Source: an uncultured bacterium
GTDB taxonomy: Bacteria; Actinomycetota; Acidimicrobiia; Spongiisociales; UBA5794
Direction of reading: 5' to 3'
DNA length: 64,000 nt
NCBI GenBank assembly: GCA_963801165.1
Contig: CAWDDT010000005.1
Span: 160,001-224,000 of the forward strand
This document shows, one piece after another, positions 54,823 through 63,753 of the stretch. Each line of letters begins with the position of its first letter. The stretch's first letter is position 1. Made by a program: the position numbers and the translations under genes. Under the pieces are notes generated by a model. The model worked only from the letters and a program-made list of their open reading frames with translations, ran no database searches and was not told the DNA's origin.

Positions 54823-55604
54823 CGGGCAACGAGCAAATACTGCGTGAGCTGGCGGCGGCGATCGAGCAGCACCGTCCGGTAGCCCTCGCCACCGTCATCT
54901 CGACCCGCCGCTCCGTGCCCCGGCATGCCGGGACCAAGATGCTGGTGTATGGCGACGGCACGACGACGGGTACGGTCGGAGGCGGGGAGATGGAAGCCAA
55001 GGTCGTCACCGCCGCCCGCGAGACAATCGAGACCGGCCGCCCCCGGGTGGTCGAGCACAGGCTCGTCGACCCCAAAGCAGGTGATCCCGGGGTTTGCGGC
55101 GGGGAAGCCACTTTCTATCTGGAGCCATTCATGCCCCCAACCACTGTCTACGTCATCGGATGCGGCCACGTCGGGGCTGCCGTAGTCGACCTGGCTCACT
55201 GGCTGGGATACCGCACCGTGGCCATCGACGACCGGCCGGAGCTCGTCACCGCAGAAGCGCTGCCCAATGCCGACGTTCGCTTTGGTGGGGACATCAGCGA
55301 GGCGCTGGCGGCTCACCCGGTACCTGAAGATGCTGCGATTGTCGTCGTTACCCGGAGCCCGGAGCTCGACGCTCGTATTCTCCCCGACCTGCTGGCGACC
55401 AACGCTCGCTATGTGGGTGTGATGGGCAGCCAGAAGCGCTGGGCGCAGACCCGAAACGAGATCCTGTCTCGCGGGGTCTCGGAGGAAGCGGCCGACCGGG
55501 TACACGTTCCCATCGGCATCGAGCTGCATGCGGAGACCCTCGAGGAGATTGCGGTATCGATCATGTCGGAGATCATTCGGGAGAATCGGTCGGAGGCCGG
55601 ATGA
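54819..55604 (+). CDS. XdhC/CoxI-family Moco insertion accessory protein
   Basis: SVPRHAGTKM, GTVGGG, GVCGG, GCGHVG, YVGVMGS, PIGIEL..TLEEIAVSI. Confidence 0.92.
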   Translation: MTGNEQILRELAAAIEQHRPVALATVISTRRSVPRHAGTKMLVYGDGTTTGTVGGGEMEAKVVTAARETIETGRPRVVEHRLVDPKAGDPGVCGGEATFYLEPFMPPTTVYVIGCGHVGAAVVDLAHWLGYRTVAIDDRPELVTAEALPNADVRFGGDISEALAAHPVPEDAAIVVVTRSPELDARILPDLLATNARYVGVMGSQKRWAQTRNEILSRGVSEEAADRVHVPIGIELHAETLEEIAVSIMSEIIRENRSEAG

Positions 55605-56407
55605 TGCTCTTCGGCGAGCACCTCGTCGTCGTGCGGGGTGGTGGTGACCTGGCCACCGGTACCGTGTACCGGCTCCAACGAGCCGGGTTCCCGACGCTCG
55701 TGCTCGAGCTGGCCCGACCACTGGCCATCCGCCGCACGGTGTCGGTGGCAAGCGCGGTCATCGAGGACCATGTCGTCGTCGATGGCCTCGACGCGACGCG
55801 AGCCGACACCATCGAGGAAGCGGTGGAGGTGGCCGGGACCGGCGCCATCCCGGTGCTGGTGAGCCCGACCCTGCCGCGGCTCACTTCGGTGCCATCGGTG
55901 GTCGTCGACGCCCGTCTCGCCAAGCGGAACATCGACACCACCATCGACGACGCCTCGTTCGTCGTCGGGCTCGGCCCCGGGTTCACCGCTGGCAACGACT
56001 GTCATGCGGTCATCGAGACGATGCGGGGTCACGATCTGGGCCGGGTCATCTGGGAGGGCCAGGCGGCTCCCAACACCGGCGTGCCCGGGCTCGTCGGGGG
56101 CAGGACCTCCGAACGAGTCGTTCGGGCTGAGAAGTCCGGCATGCTGAGCTGGAATGCGAGTATCGGCGATCTGGTTGTCGAGGGGGATGTGCTCGGCAAC
56201 ATCAGCGGCACACCGATCCGGTCGCGTCTCGGCGGGGTGGTGCGCGGTCTGCTGGCACCGGGCTACGAGGTGGAAGAGAATTGGAAGCTGGCCGACATCG
56301 ACCCACGCGCAGACACTACGGCGTGTTTCGAGATCTCGGACAAGTCGCTTGCGGTCGGCGGTGGCGTCGTCGAGGCCGTGCTCACGTGGCTCAACAGCCG
56401 CTCGTGA
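55601..56407 (+). CDS. yqeB: selenium-dependent molybdenum hydroxylase system protein YqeB
   Basis: VRGGGDLATG, AIRRTVS, DARLAKRN, GLGPGF.AG.DC.AVIETMRGHDLGR, PNTGVPG, DIDPR, ISDKSLAVGGGV. Confidence 0.9.
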   Translation: MMLFGEHLVVVRGGGDLATGTVYRLQRAGFPTLVLELARPLAIRRTVSVASAVIEDHVVVDGLDATRADTIEEAVEVAGTGAIPVLVSPTLPRLTSVPSVVVDARLAKRNIDTTIDDASFVVGLGPGFTAGNDCHAVIETMRGHDLGRVIWEGQAAPNTGVPGLVGGRTSERVVRAEKSGMLSWNASIGDLVVEGDVLGNISGTPIRSRLGGVVRGLLAPGYEVEENWKLADIDPRADTTACFEISDKSLAVGGGVVEAVLTWLNSRS

Positions 56408-56479
56408 CACCGTTCGTGACACGGAGTCGATGGTTGACTTAGTGGTTTCTGAGACCGATCAATTAGGTTGTGGACACAC

Positions 56480-57340
56480 ATGACTGATCACATTGCACCG
56501 ACCTGCTACCGCCACCCCGACAGGGAGACGTATCTGTCGTGCAGCAATTGTGGGCGACCTATCTGCCCGGACTGCTCGCATGAAGCACCCGTCGGTCAGA
56601 AGTGCCCCGAGTGCTTGAGGGCCGGTGGGAAACAGAGGATCGTCAACGGCAGGGCAGCGATCTCGGGGCCCTCGTTTCAGACGAGCCCGGTGGTGTTCAC
56701 GCTGATTGCCATCAACGTGCTCATCTTCATGATCGGGCTGTACTCACCATCGCTACACAACAACCTCATCAACGATTACGGCTCGCTGCGTCTCGCCCGG
56801 ACCCAGACCGGTGCGATCATCGGTATCGGCGCAGGCGAATGGTGGCGTGCTATCACCTATGCGTTCCTCCACGCCGGCTTCCTACACATCCTGTTCAACA
56901 TGTATTTCCTGTACATCTTCGGGCCGCGCCTCGAACAGCAGGTCAAGGCGGGCGCCTTCACCGGCATCTTTCTGGCAAGCGCCGCCGGCGGCAGCCTCGC
57001 CTCGTTCCTATTCGGGCCACCGAATATCCCCTCCATCGGCGCGTCGGGGGCGCTGTTCGGTCTGTTCGGTGCCTGGTTGTACGCCGCATACCGCCAGCGC
57101 GGCTCGGCGGCGGGCAAGGCGATGTTCAACCAGCTGGGCGGGATCCTGCTGCTCAACATGGCCCTGCCGCTCTTCATCCCCGACATCGACTGGCGTGGCC
57201 ATGTCGGCGGTCTGGTTACCGGTGTTGTGATCGCGTTGCTGTGGGAGCGGATCGCCCGCGGCCGCAACGCCCGGATGAAGCGGACGATCACGGCCTACGC
57301 CGTCTTCATCGCCATCATGGCGGCGCTCATCATCCTGTAG
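56480..57340 (+). CDS. rhomboid intramembrane serine protease with N-terminal zinc finger
   Basis: CYRHPDRET..CSNCGRPICPDC; WWR, HILFNM, GASG, HVGG. Confidence 0.94.
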   Translation: MTDHIAPTCYRHPDRETYLSCSNCGRPICPDCSHEAPVGQKCPECLRAGGKQRIVNGRAAISGPSFQTSPVVFTLIAINVLIFMIGLYSPSLHNNLINDYGSLRLARTQTGAIIGIGAGEWWRAITYAFLHAGFLHILFNMYFLYIFGPRLEQQVKAGAFTGIFLASAAGGSLASFLFGPPNIPSIGASGALFGLFGAWLYAAYRQRGSAAGKAMFNQLGGILLLNMALPLFIPDIDWRGHVGGLVTGVVIALLWERIARGRNARMKRTITAYAVFIAIMAALIIL

Positions 57341-57392
57341 CTGACTAGCTCAGCCTCACTGACAGCAAGTGACCTTTAAGCGCGGCGAATTA

Positions 57393-58052
57393 ATGCCGAT
57401 AGTCACCTTGATGAGTGCACTCGATCCTTCCGACCCGCAAGTGACCGCCGCTGAGATGCGTGCGGATGCGATCGCGCAGTTGAAGTCTGCCCGTGAGCTG
57501 GCAAAGAAGGTTCGCGCAGAAGCCGTCACGGAGCTCGAAGATGCCCGTGCGCGGGTGCGCCGGATAGCCGCTCGTGAAGAGGAGATGGCAGAACGGTGGG
57601 CCAAGCTGCTGGAAGCGGAGAACCGGATGGCACTATCACCGCCGGCGTTACCCCAGATATCAGCGTCCGATCCAAACGCGCTGGTCACTGCCGCTCAGCA
57701 AGAGGCCCGCAGCATCATCGCACGTGCCGATGCCGAAGCCCGCGGCATTCGGGAGCAGGCTATGCGGCTGCTCGCGGTGGCCGAGGGTGAGAAGGCCGAA
57801 TCGCATGTAATGGCGAAGTCGGAGACCGAACGGGCCATGCTCGAGGCGCGGCGCCTGCGCGCCGAGGCCGAGGAAGAGGCCGAGGGTCTGCGAAAGGACG
57901 CCGAACTGGTTGCCGACGGCGATCAGAGCATGTACGCACGCCGCGGTCGCAGGCTGCCCCGAATCGGCGAGAGCGCCAACGGCCTGCTGGCCGAGATGTC
58001 GGGTTTGCGAGCCAGGTTCACCGAAGACGACGAAAGCCGCCAGGTCGTCTAG
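57393..58052 (+). CDS. Ala/Glu/Arg-rich coiled-coil protein (start uncertain)
   Basis: AQQEARSIIARADAEA-type repeats as in DivIVA/Scy-like proteins. Confidence 0.65.
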   Translation: MPIVTLMSALDPSDPQVTAAEMRADAIAQLKSARELAKKVRAEAVTELEDARARVRRIAAREEEMAERWAKLLEAENRMALSPPALPQISASDPNALVTAAQQEARSIIARADAEARGIREQAMRLLAVAEGEKAESHVMAKSETERAMLEARRLRAEAEEEAEGLRKDAELVADGDQSMYARRGRRLPRIGESANGLLAEMSGLRARFTEDDESRQVV

Positions 58053-58551
58053 CCGGCCGCTACTCCCGGAGCCGGCGCCAACGGTTCCACCCAACTCACC
58101 TGCCCGCGCCCGACGTTCGGTCGCAGTTTCACTGAGCCTCGACCTGGGTTTCGTTCACTTTTCCTGCGAGCTGGGAGCAAGCAGCAACTTCCCATTTCCC
58201 TGGATCCACGGGATGTGGCCGTCTTCGGGTGGCGAAGAGGTCGATTTCATCAGCTCTCTGAGCGATCTGAGTTGCACTCTTTCTGTGAATCTAGACCGGT
58301 TCGCAGGGCCCTCCTCGACCTGGCCCTGCGGGCCGGTCGATCCTCCCAGAGGGAGGATGAATTCCTTCCCCTACGGGACCCGCGGATTGAGAACTTCGGG
58401 GGATCGGCCGGGCGTAGCCCGGACGAAAGAGTCAGGAACAACGACGACCGGCTTGGGTTCTGCTTCGCAGAACATCAGCAAGGGGGCGCGGCCAAATGGC
58501 GCTGCGGGTGTACCGAAGTTGCGGGGTCTGTGACCTGAGCGGGGGCCGGGC

Positions 58552-59937
58552 TCAGCTGGGCGGCGATGCCACTAACTCGAAGAGCATCGCGGCTGGAGAG
58601 TCGGCGATCCGGACGACCTTCATCTCTATGCCGAACCACTTGACCCCGCTCTTCGTCTGGCTGTTGAGCCAGGAAAGAGCCTGCAGCTGCTCCTGCTCGA
58701 ATTTCGCCGACACCAGCGCGACGGTTGCGGCGCCCGAGGAAGCAGCCATGCCAAGGGCACGACCGAGGTCGGAATCGTTTGCGACAGCCTCCTCTGAGGA
58801 GACAACGACCACATCGTCCCCGTTGTCGTCGCGCCCGACGACACCGCTGGCGCTCTTGGTCGTGTATTGACGGGCGTCCTTGAGCCCGGCCGCGAGACCG
58901 AGCACGTCACCTAGCTGCTTGGAATGAGCCAGGAACCACGGCGCAAAGTACTCGGCGCCTTCGGCCCAAACACTGGCCGGATCAACCTGCTCGAGAGTTC
59001 CAAAGTCCATCAGTACCTCCGCGTGTTGCTCCGGTTCTTGTTCTGCGAGGCCCGGCTCCGGTGACGGTTTATCGATCTCGTCGTCCTCGGGCTGTGCGCT
59101 CGCCTCGGGGGCGGCCTCCACCTGCGGCATCCAGCGTGACGGCTGCGGCGAGGGAGCGGGTTCCGGCGGGGCAGCGAAGACCTCAGGGACGGTCGTCTCG
59201 ATAGTGGGCGTCGGCTCCGTTTCGGGCTCAGCCGCATAGAGGACGGGTTCGGGATCGACCGGGCGACCGTACAGCTGAGCTGCTGCCTCTTCGGCGATGG
59301 CCGCTATGTTGGCCTCGGCCTCTCCCCAGGACTGGTCCGCCCCGGGAAGGGCAATCTCGGCCAGACCCTGGCTGGACCCGTTGTACGCATCCCACGGGCT
59401 CGGGGTCACCTCAATCGGCTCGCCTCCGATCGCGGCGGCCGATGTCGAGGTATCCCATGTCGGCTCTGACACCATCGGCTCCGAAGGGACGGGGCCGGTC
59501 TCGGCGTCGGCGTCCGCGTCGGCGTCGAACACTTCGGGCAATCCGGGCGCGGCAGAGAAATCCGCGGCGGCGCCTGGGATCCTGGTCGGCATCGCGCCGA
59601 ACGACGGCATGGTGGTCTCCGGCTCGACGTACTCGTCCGGTGCAGACGGCTCCAACACCTCCGGCACTCGATCCTCGGCGAAGTTGGGACCAATCGCCTC
59701 GATACGCGCCAGCGACTGCTCCTTCTCCATCAGCCGGGCGCGTTCCAGGATGTCGCCGCTGGTGATACGCCCGTCCTCACCGGATCCGGCAACGGTTGCG
59801 AGGTCGATGACACCGCTCTCGACGAGACGCTGCGCCCGAGGCGACAGGTCTTCGGTACGCACCTCGGCGGCCGATGTGTCGTCCTCATCGCTATATGAGC
59901 TCCTACGACGGCGTGAGCGCCTGCGAACCACAGCCAC
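58552..59937 (-). CDS. E3-binding (PSBD) motif, Pro/Glu/Ala linker and degenerate PD-(D/E)XK-like domain
   Basis: SPRAQRL...IDLATVAGSGEDGRITSGDI; C-terminus FGTLEQVD..VW....FAPW...ALSWLN...FGIEM..RIADSP; GGAGG RBS before GTG 59937. Confidence 0.75.
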   Translation of the reverse strand: MAVVRRRSRRRRSSYSDEDDTSAAEVRTEDLSPRAQRLVESGVIDLATVAGSGEDGRITSGDILERARLMEKEQSLARIEAIGPNFAEDRVPEVLEPSAPDEYVEPETTMPSFGAMPTRIPGAAADFSAAPGLPEVFDADADADAETGPVPSEPMVSEPTWDTSTSAAAIGGEPIEVTPSPWDAYNGSSQGLAEIALPGADQSWGEAEANIAAIAEEAAAQLYGRPVDPEPVLYAAEPETEPTPTIETTVPEVFAAPPEPAPSPQPSRWMPQVEAAPEASAQPEDDEIDKPSPEPGLAEQEPEQHAEVLMDFGTLEQVDPASVWAEGAEYFAPWFLAHSKQLGDVLGLAAGLKDARQYTTKSASGVVGRDDNGDDVVVVSSEEAVANDSDLGRALGMAASSGAATVALVSAKFEQEQLQALSWLNSQTKSGVKWFGIEMKVVRIADSPAAMLFELVASPPS

Positions 59938-60207
59938 GCCTCCTCCTCTGTTCGAGCGGTGACCAATCACTACGAATGACGAATCGGACGACAATGACCG
60001 GGTCTTGAGCCGCTTTCGTCACCTCTTGGCCCATTTCACCCGGCTCATGTCACTCCCGCAGCGGGTTGCTACGCGTGATGCAGTATGGGTATCCGCCGGG
60101 AGAGGGTGTGCCGAGGAAGGCGGTCACCCAGGTGATCTGCATTACGTGACCCTAGACCCGGCCGGCTGTGACGTTGGCTTGCGCGCCGTGGCAGGCTTCC
60201 TTGGGCG

Positions 60208-60423
60208 TCAAGCCGCGACAGAAACCTCGTGCCCGGTGCAGACCTCACAGGCAGGATCGGGGCAGCGGTCGACGACGGTGAAGTCGAATCCCGCTTCGTC
60301 CAGCAGCTGCTCGATATCCATGAGCACACGTGTCGTCGCGTTTTGTGTCGTCGCGTTTTGTGTCGTCGCGTTTTGTGTCGTCGCGTTTTGTGTCGTCGTC
60401 GCGTTCTGTGTTGTTGCCTTCAT
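60208..60423 (-). CDS. small protein with TQNAT repeats and a CPxPxCxxC motif
   Basis: ATG overlaps the TetR stop; repeats keep the frame; alternative ATG at 60321. Confidence 0.55.
   Translation of the reverse strand: MKATTQNATTTQNATTQNATTQNATTQNATTRVLMDIEQLLDEAGFDFTVVDRCPDPACEVCTGHEVSVAA
60331..60408. repeat. 15-bp tandem repeat TGTCGTCGCGTTTTG, 4 perfect copies plus one 18-bp variant
   Basis: Read directly from the sequence. Confidence 0.95.
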
Positions 60424-61070
60424 GTGTCCACCATATCCGGGGGGTGTGACAAGAAATCCGCACTGTCCCGCCGAGCCGTCAGATCGGGCGCAAACAAATA
60501 CCGTTCGATCATGGGCACAAGCTTCGGTATCAGATCCTCAGCTTCGGCGTCGGCGAGGTCGGGAAGCTCGAGAACGGAGCGGGCCAGGACCAGACCGATA
60601 GCGTGGCTGCCCAGCATCGCAATCCGAAGCCGGGCATCCGGGTAATCGATGAGCCGGGAAGCATTGTTGAGCAGGATCGATGCGAGGAACTCACGCAACA
60701 TCGCTGCCGCGGCTTCATTGGTGGCCGCGGCTCGCAGCAGCGACAGCACCGGCGAGCCCGGCGCCCCGAGTACGGTTAGGTACATCCGGGCGATCGCCTC
60801 TGCCCTAGCTTCTGGCGGCAGAGCCATCACACCCTCGATGAGCTGCACCGGGTTGAACGGGAACTCGTGGGCGGCGGCGAACAGATCCTGCTTGGTCCCG
60901 AAGTGATGGTGGACCAGCGCAGGGTCGACACTGGCACGTGCCGCGATCTCACGGATGGTGGCTCGATCGAACCCAACCTCTCCGAACACCTCGCGGGCAC
61001 CACGAAGGATCTCGCCCTTGGTCACCTCGGGGTCGCCCGGACGTCGTCCCGGACCGCGCTTCCTGCTCAT
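60420..61070 (-). CDS. TetR family regulator
   Basis: GFDRATIREIAARASVDPALVHHHFGTKQDLF, LLRAAATNEAAAAMLREF. Confidence 0.93.
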   Translation of the reverse strand: MSRKRGPGRRPGDPEVTKGEILRGAREVFGEVGFDRATIREIAARASVDPALVHHHFGTKQDLFAAAHEFPFNPVQLIEGVMALPPEARAEAIARMYLTVLGAPGSPVLSLLRAAATNEAAAAMLREFLASILLNNASRLIDYPDARLRIAMLGSHAIGLVLARSVLELPDLADAEAEDLIPKLVPMIERYLFAPDLTARRDSADFLSHPPDMVDT

Positions 61071-61903
61071 GAGTCGAGCAGGACCATGGTCTCGTCGAGC
61101 GTCGCCGGAGCCGTTGCCATGTCTGCGGTGACCCCTGCCGCCTCGAGCGCGGCAGCGACATCGTCGACCGAATCACGCAACACCCGAACCGTGGTTCCCG
61201 ACAGAGTGATCAAGCGATCGTCGTTGTCCAGAGCGGCAAACGCCCTATCCCACCGATCAGCGGTGACGGCGACCACAGACAGGTCCCCGATGATGTCATC
61301 GAGAAGCCCGGCGGCGACCACCTTGCCGTGCGACATCAGCACGAGCCGATCGGCCTGCTCCGCCTCATCCATGTAGTGGGTCGACACCAGAACTGCAGCC
61401 CCCGCCTCGGCACGCTGACGAATCATGTCCCACAGCTTGGTTCGCGATAGTGGAGACACCCCGGATGTCGGCTCATCGAGGACGAGCAGCTCCGGGTTGT
61501 GCTGAGTCGCCGCGGCAAACGCGGCGCGTCGCTGCAACCCGAGCGACATGGCGCCGACCAAGCCGTCGAACTCGGCCGGGAGCTCGGTCCGGACCGAGCC
61601 GAATACCTCCGCCCGGAATTCCAGGTTCTCCGCTGCGGTCAGGTCACGGTAGAGACCCAGGTTCTGAGGGACGTAGCCGATACGGCGCCGCTGGTCTCTG
61701 GTCGGCACCGTGCCGAACAACCGGATGGAGCCGGCGCTCGGCTCGAGCAGACCGAGAATCATCCGTATGAGCGTCGTCTTCCCGGCGCCGTTGGCGCCGA
61801 CCAGCCCGACTACCTCTCCCGGCTCGATTTCGAAGTCGACATTGTCGACTGCGGTGAAGTCGCCGAAGCGCCGGGTGACACCCCGGGCGGCTACCGGCTT
61901 CAT
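61067..61903 (-). CDS. ABC ATP-binding protein
   Basis: GANGAGKTT, MSLGLQRR, LDEPTSG. Confidence 0.93.
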   Translation of the reverse strand: MKPVAARGVTRRFGDFTAVDNVDFEIEPGEVVGLVGANGAGKTTLIRMILGLLEPSAGSIRLFGTVPTRDQRRRIGYVPQNLGLYRDLTAAENLEFRAEVFGSVRTELPAEFDGLVGAMSLGLQRRAAFAAATQHNPELLVLDEPTSGVSPLSRTKLWDMIRQRAEAGAAVLVSTHYMDEAEQADRLVLMSHGKVVAAGLLDDIIGDLSVVAVTADRWDRAFAALDNDDRLITLSGTTVRVLRDSVDDVAAALEAAGVTADMATAPATLDETMVLLDS

Positions 61904-62697
61904 CGTTGCCCCCCTGACGCCTTGAGCTCGGCGACGATGGCCACGTCCTCGAGCGTGACGTTGTCTGTAGGTGTCCCAGCAGGGTCCCATTGCCGCCACC
62001 GTCGTCCGTGGCGCCACGCCGTAGCCGGATCGCTGGGTACGGCAACGTCGGCAACCGAGCCGGTCATCGCCGCCCGGACATCGTGTGGCGATCCCGCCGC
62101 AAGCACTACCCCGTCGTGAAGTAGAACCACGTGACCGGCGCGCTCTGCCTCGTCGAGATAGCTTGTCGCCACCAGCACCGCGGCGCCGTCTGCGGCCGCC
62201 CCGGCAATCAGCCGCCACAGGTCCATGCGGCTCACGGGATCGACGCCGGTCGTCACCTCGTCCAGAACCAGCAAATCGGGCTCAGGGAGCAGTGCCATCG
62301 AGCCGGCGAGCTTGCGCCGCTGACCGCCTGAGAGATCGCCGGCGAGCCGATCGCCGAAGCCGGCAATGGCGGACCGCTCCAAGAGGGCCCGGGCGCGGGC
62401 GGACCAGTCGGTGAGACGGTAAGCGTCGGCGACGAACTCCATGTTCTCGTCGACAGTCAGGTCACCGAAGACGCCACCCTGGGGAGGCACGTACCCGGTC
62501 TTGCCGGTGCCGGGGAGTCGGACGGTGCCCTCGTGATCGAGCCCGATGCCTGCAATCACCCGGAGCAGAGTCGTCTTGCCGGCACCGTCGCCGCCGACGA
62601 CCACGTGAACAGCACCGCGCTCGAGCTCCAGCGACACGCCGCTGAGAGCGACCTTGTGTCCGAAGCGGACGGTCAGATCCTCAACACCCCAGGTCAT
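61900..62697 (-). CDS. ABC ATP-binding protein
   Basis: GGDGAGKTT, LSGGQRR, LDEVTTG. Confidence 0.93.
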   Translation of the reverse strand: MTWGVEDLTVRFGHKVALSGVSLELERGAVHVVVGGDGAGKTTLLRVIAGIGLDHEGTVRLPGTGKTGYVPPQGGVFGDLTVDENMEFVADAYRLTDWSARARALLERSAIAGFGDRLAGDLSGGQRRKLAGSMALLPEPDLLVLDEVTTGVDPVSRMDLWRLIAGAAADGAAVLVATSYLDEAERAGHVVLLHDGVVLAAGSPHDVRAAMTGSVADVAVPSDPATAWRHGRRWRQWDPAGTPTDNVTLEDVAIVAELKASGGQR

Positions 62698-63740
62698 GTT
62701 GCTGCCTCCAGGACTGGTGCGGGCTCGGCGCTGGTCTGCTTCGGCGCCAGATCACGCCGGAAGCGGAGCACCGCCAATGCAAAGATCACCACCGCCATCA
62801 ACGTCAGCACCAGCAGCGGCACCGCCAGCGCGCTCGCCGACGATGCTTTGAGGAAGACGCCTCGCATCCCGATCACGAAGTAGGTGAGCGGCAGCAGGTA
62901 CCCGATCCACCTGACGCCGGCTGCCATCGACTTGAGCGGGAAGATCATCCCCGAAAGCATCACCTGAGGCAGCAGGACCATGATGGCCAGCTGTATCGAC
63001 TCGCCCTGGCTTCGTGACACGGTGGAGATGAGAACTCCGAGCCCGAGCACGACGAAGAGGTAGACGAACGCAAACGCGGCGAACATCAGGAACGAGCCAC
63101 GGAACGGAACGTTGAACAGGAAGATGCCCACGACGGTGACGATGATCATGTCGATGACCGCCACCAGGAAGTACGGTGCGATCTTGCCGACAATCACGTC
63201 GACGGGGCGCAGCGGGGTGACGGCCAGTTGCTCGAGGGTCCCCTGTTCTCGCTCGCGCACGACACCGAGGCTGGTGATCACGGTGCCGATGAAGAGCAGG
63301 ATCAACCCGATCAGCGAAGGCACCATCACCGCCGATGTGCTCAACTCCGGATTGAACAACACCTCGACGTTGGCGCCGGCGGGGAGACTGGTCGCCCTCC
63401 GCATCGCCGATTGTGCGATGAACAACTCCGTGCCGTCTACATACACGGTTGGATGCGGGGCGGTGACGATGGCGACCGAGGCTTTGGAATCTCGCAAGAG
63501 ATCCTTTGCCATCGCGGCATCCCCGCTCGTATCGGTGACCACCACGTTGAAGGCGTCTCCGAGCGCGTTCTCCACGACCTGGGAGCCCGGGCCGAGGACC
63601 GCAGTCCGGATCTCGGTGACGTCGAAGCGGGCGGCGTAACCGAAGATCACCAGCAGCATCACAGGTAGACCGACCATCAACGCCACGGTGCGCCGATCCC
63701 GCCGCATCTGGCGGAACTCCTTGAGGATCATCGCTTTCAC
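62694..63740 (-). CDS. ABC-2 type permease (YbhR/YbhS-like)
   Basis: KEFRQMRRDRRT, VREREQGTLEQL.VTP, LSGMIFP. Confidence 0.93.
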   Translation of the reverse strand: MKAMILKEFRQMRRDRRTVALMVGLPVMLLVIFGYAARFDVTEIRTAVLGPGSQVVENALGDAFNVVVTDTSGDAAMAKDLLRDSKASVAIVTAPHPTVYVDGTELFIAQSAMRRATSLPAGANVEVLFNPELSTSAVMVPSLIGLILLFIGTVITSLGVVREREQGTLEQLAVTPLRPVDVIVGKIAPYFLVAVIDMIIVTVVGIFLFNVPFRGSFLMFAAFAFVYLFVVLGLGVLISTVSRSQGESIQLAIMVLLPQVMLSGMIFPLKSMAAGVRWIGYLLPLTYFVIGMRGVFLKASSASALAVPLLVLTLMAVVIFALAVLRFRRDLAPKQTSAEPAPVLEAAT

Positions 63741-63753
63741 AGGTTCATCTCCT

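Noticed and set aside
56402-56422. TCGTGACAC direct repeat at the yqeB stop
   Set aside because: Only 9 bp twice; too short to support a function
58200-58260. CTGATGA on the minus strand as a hammerhead ribozyme core
   Set aside because: No stem II followed by GAAA and no matching cleavage-site arm found
60097-60123. GGGAGAG...CCGAGGAAGG as a glycine riboswitch or SRP RNA
   Set aside because: Lacks CTCTCAGG and the SRP CAGG-GNRA-AGCAG motif; no downstream gene on that strand
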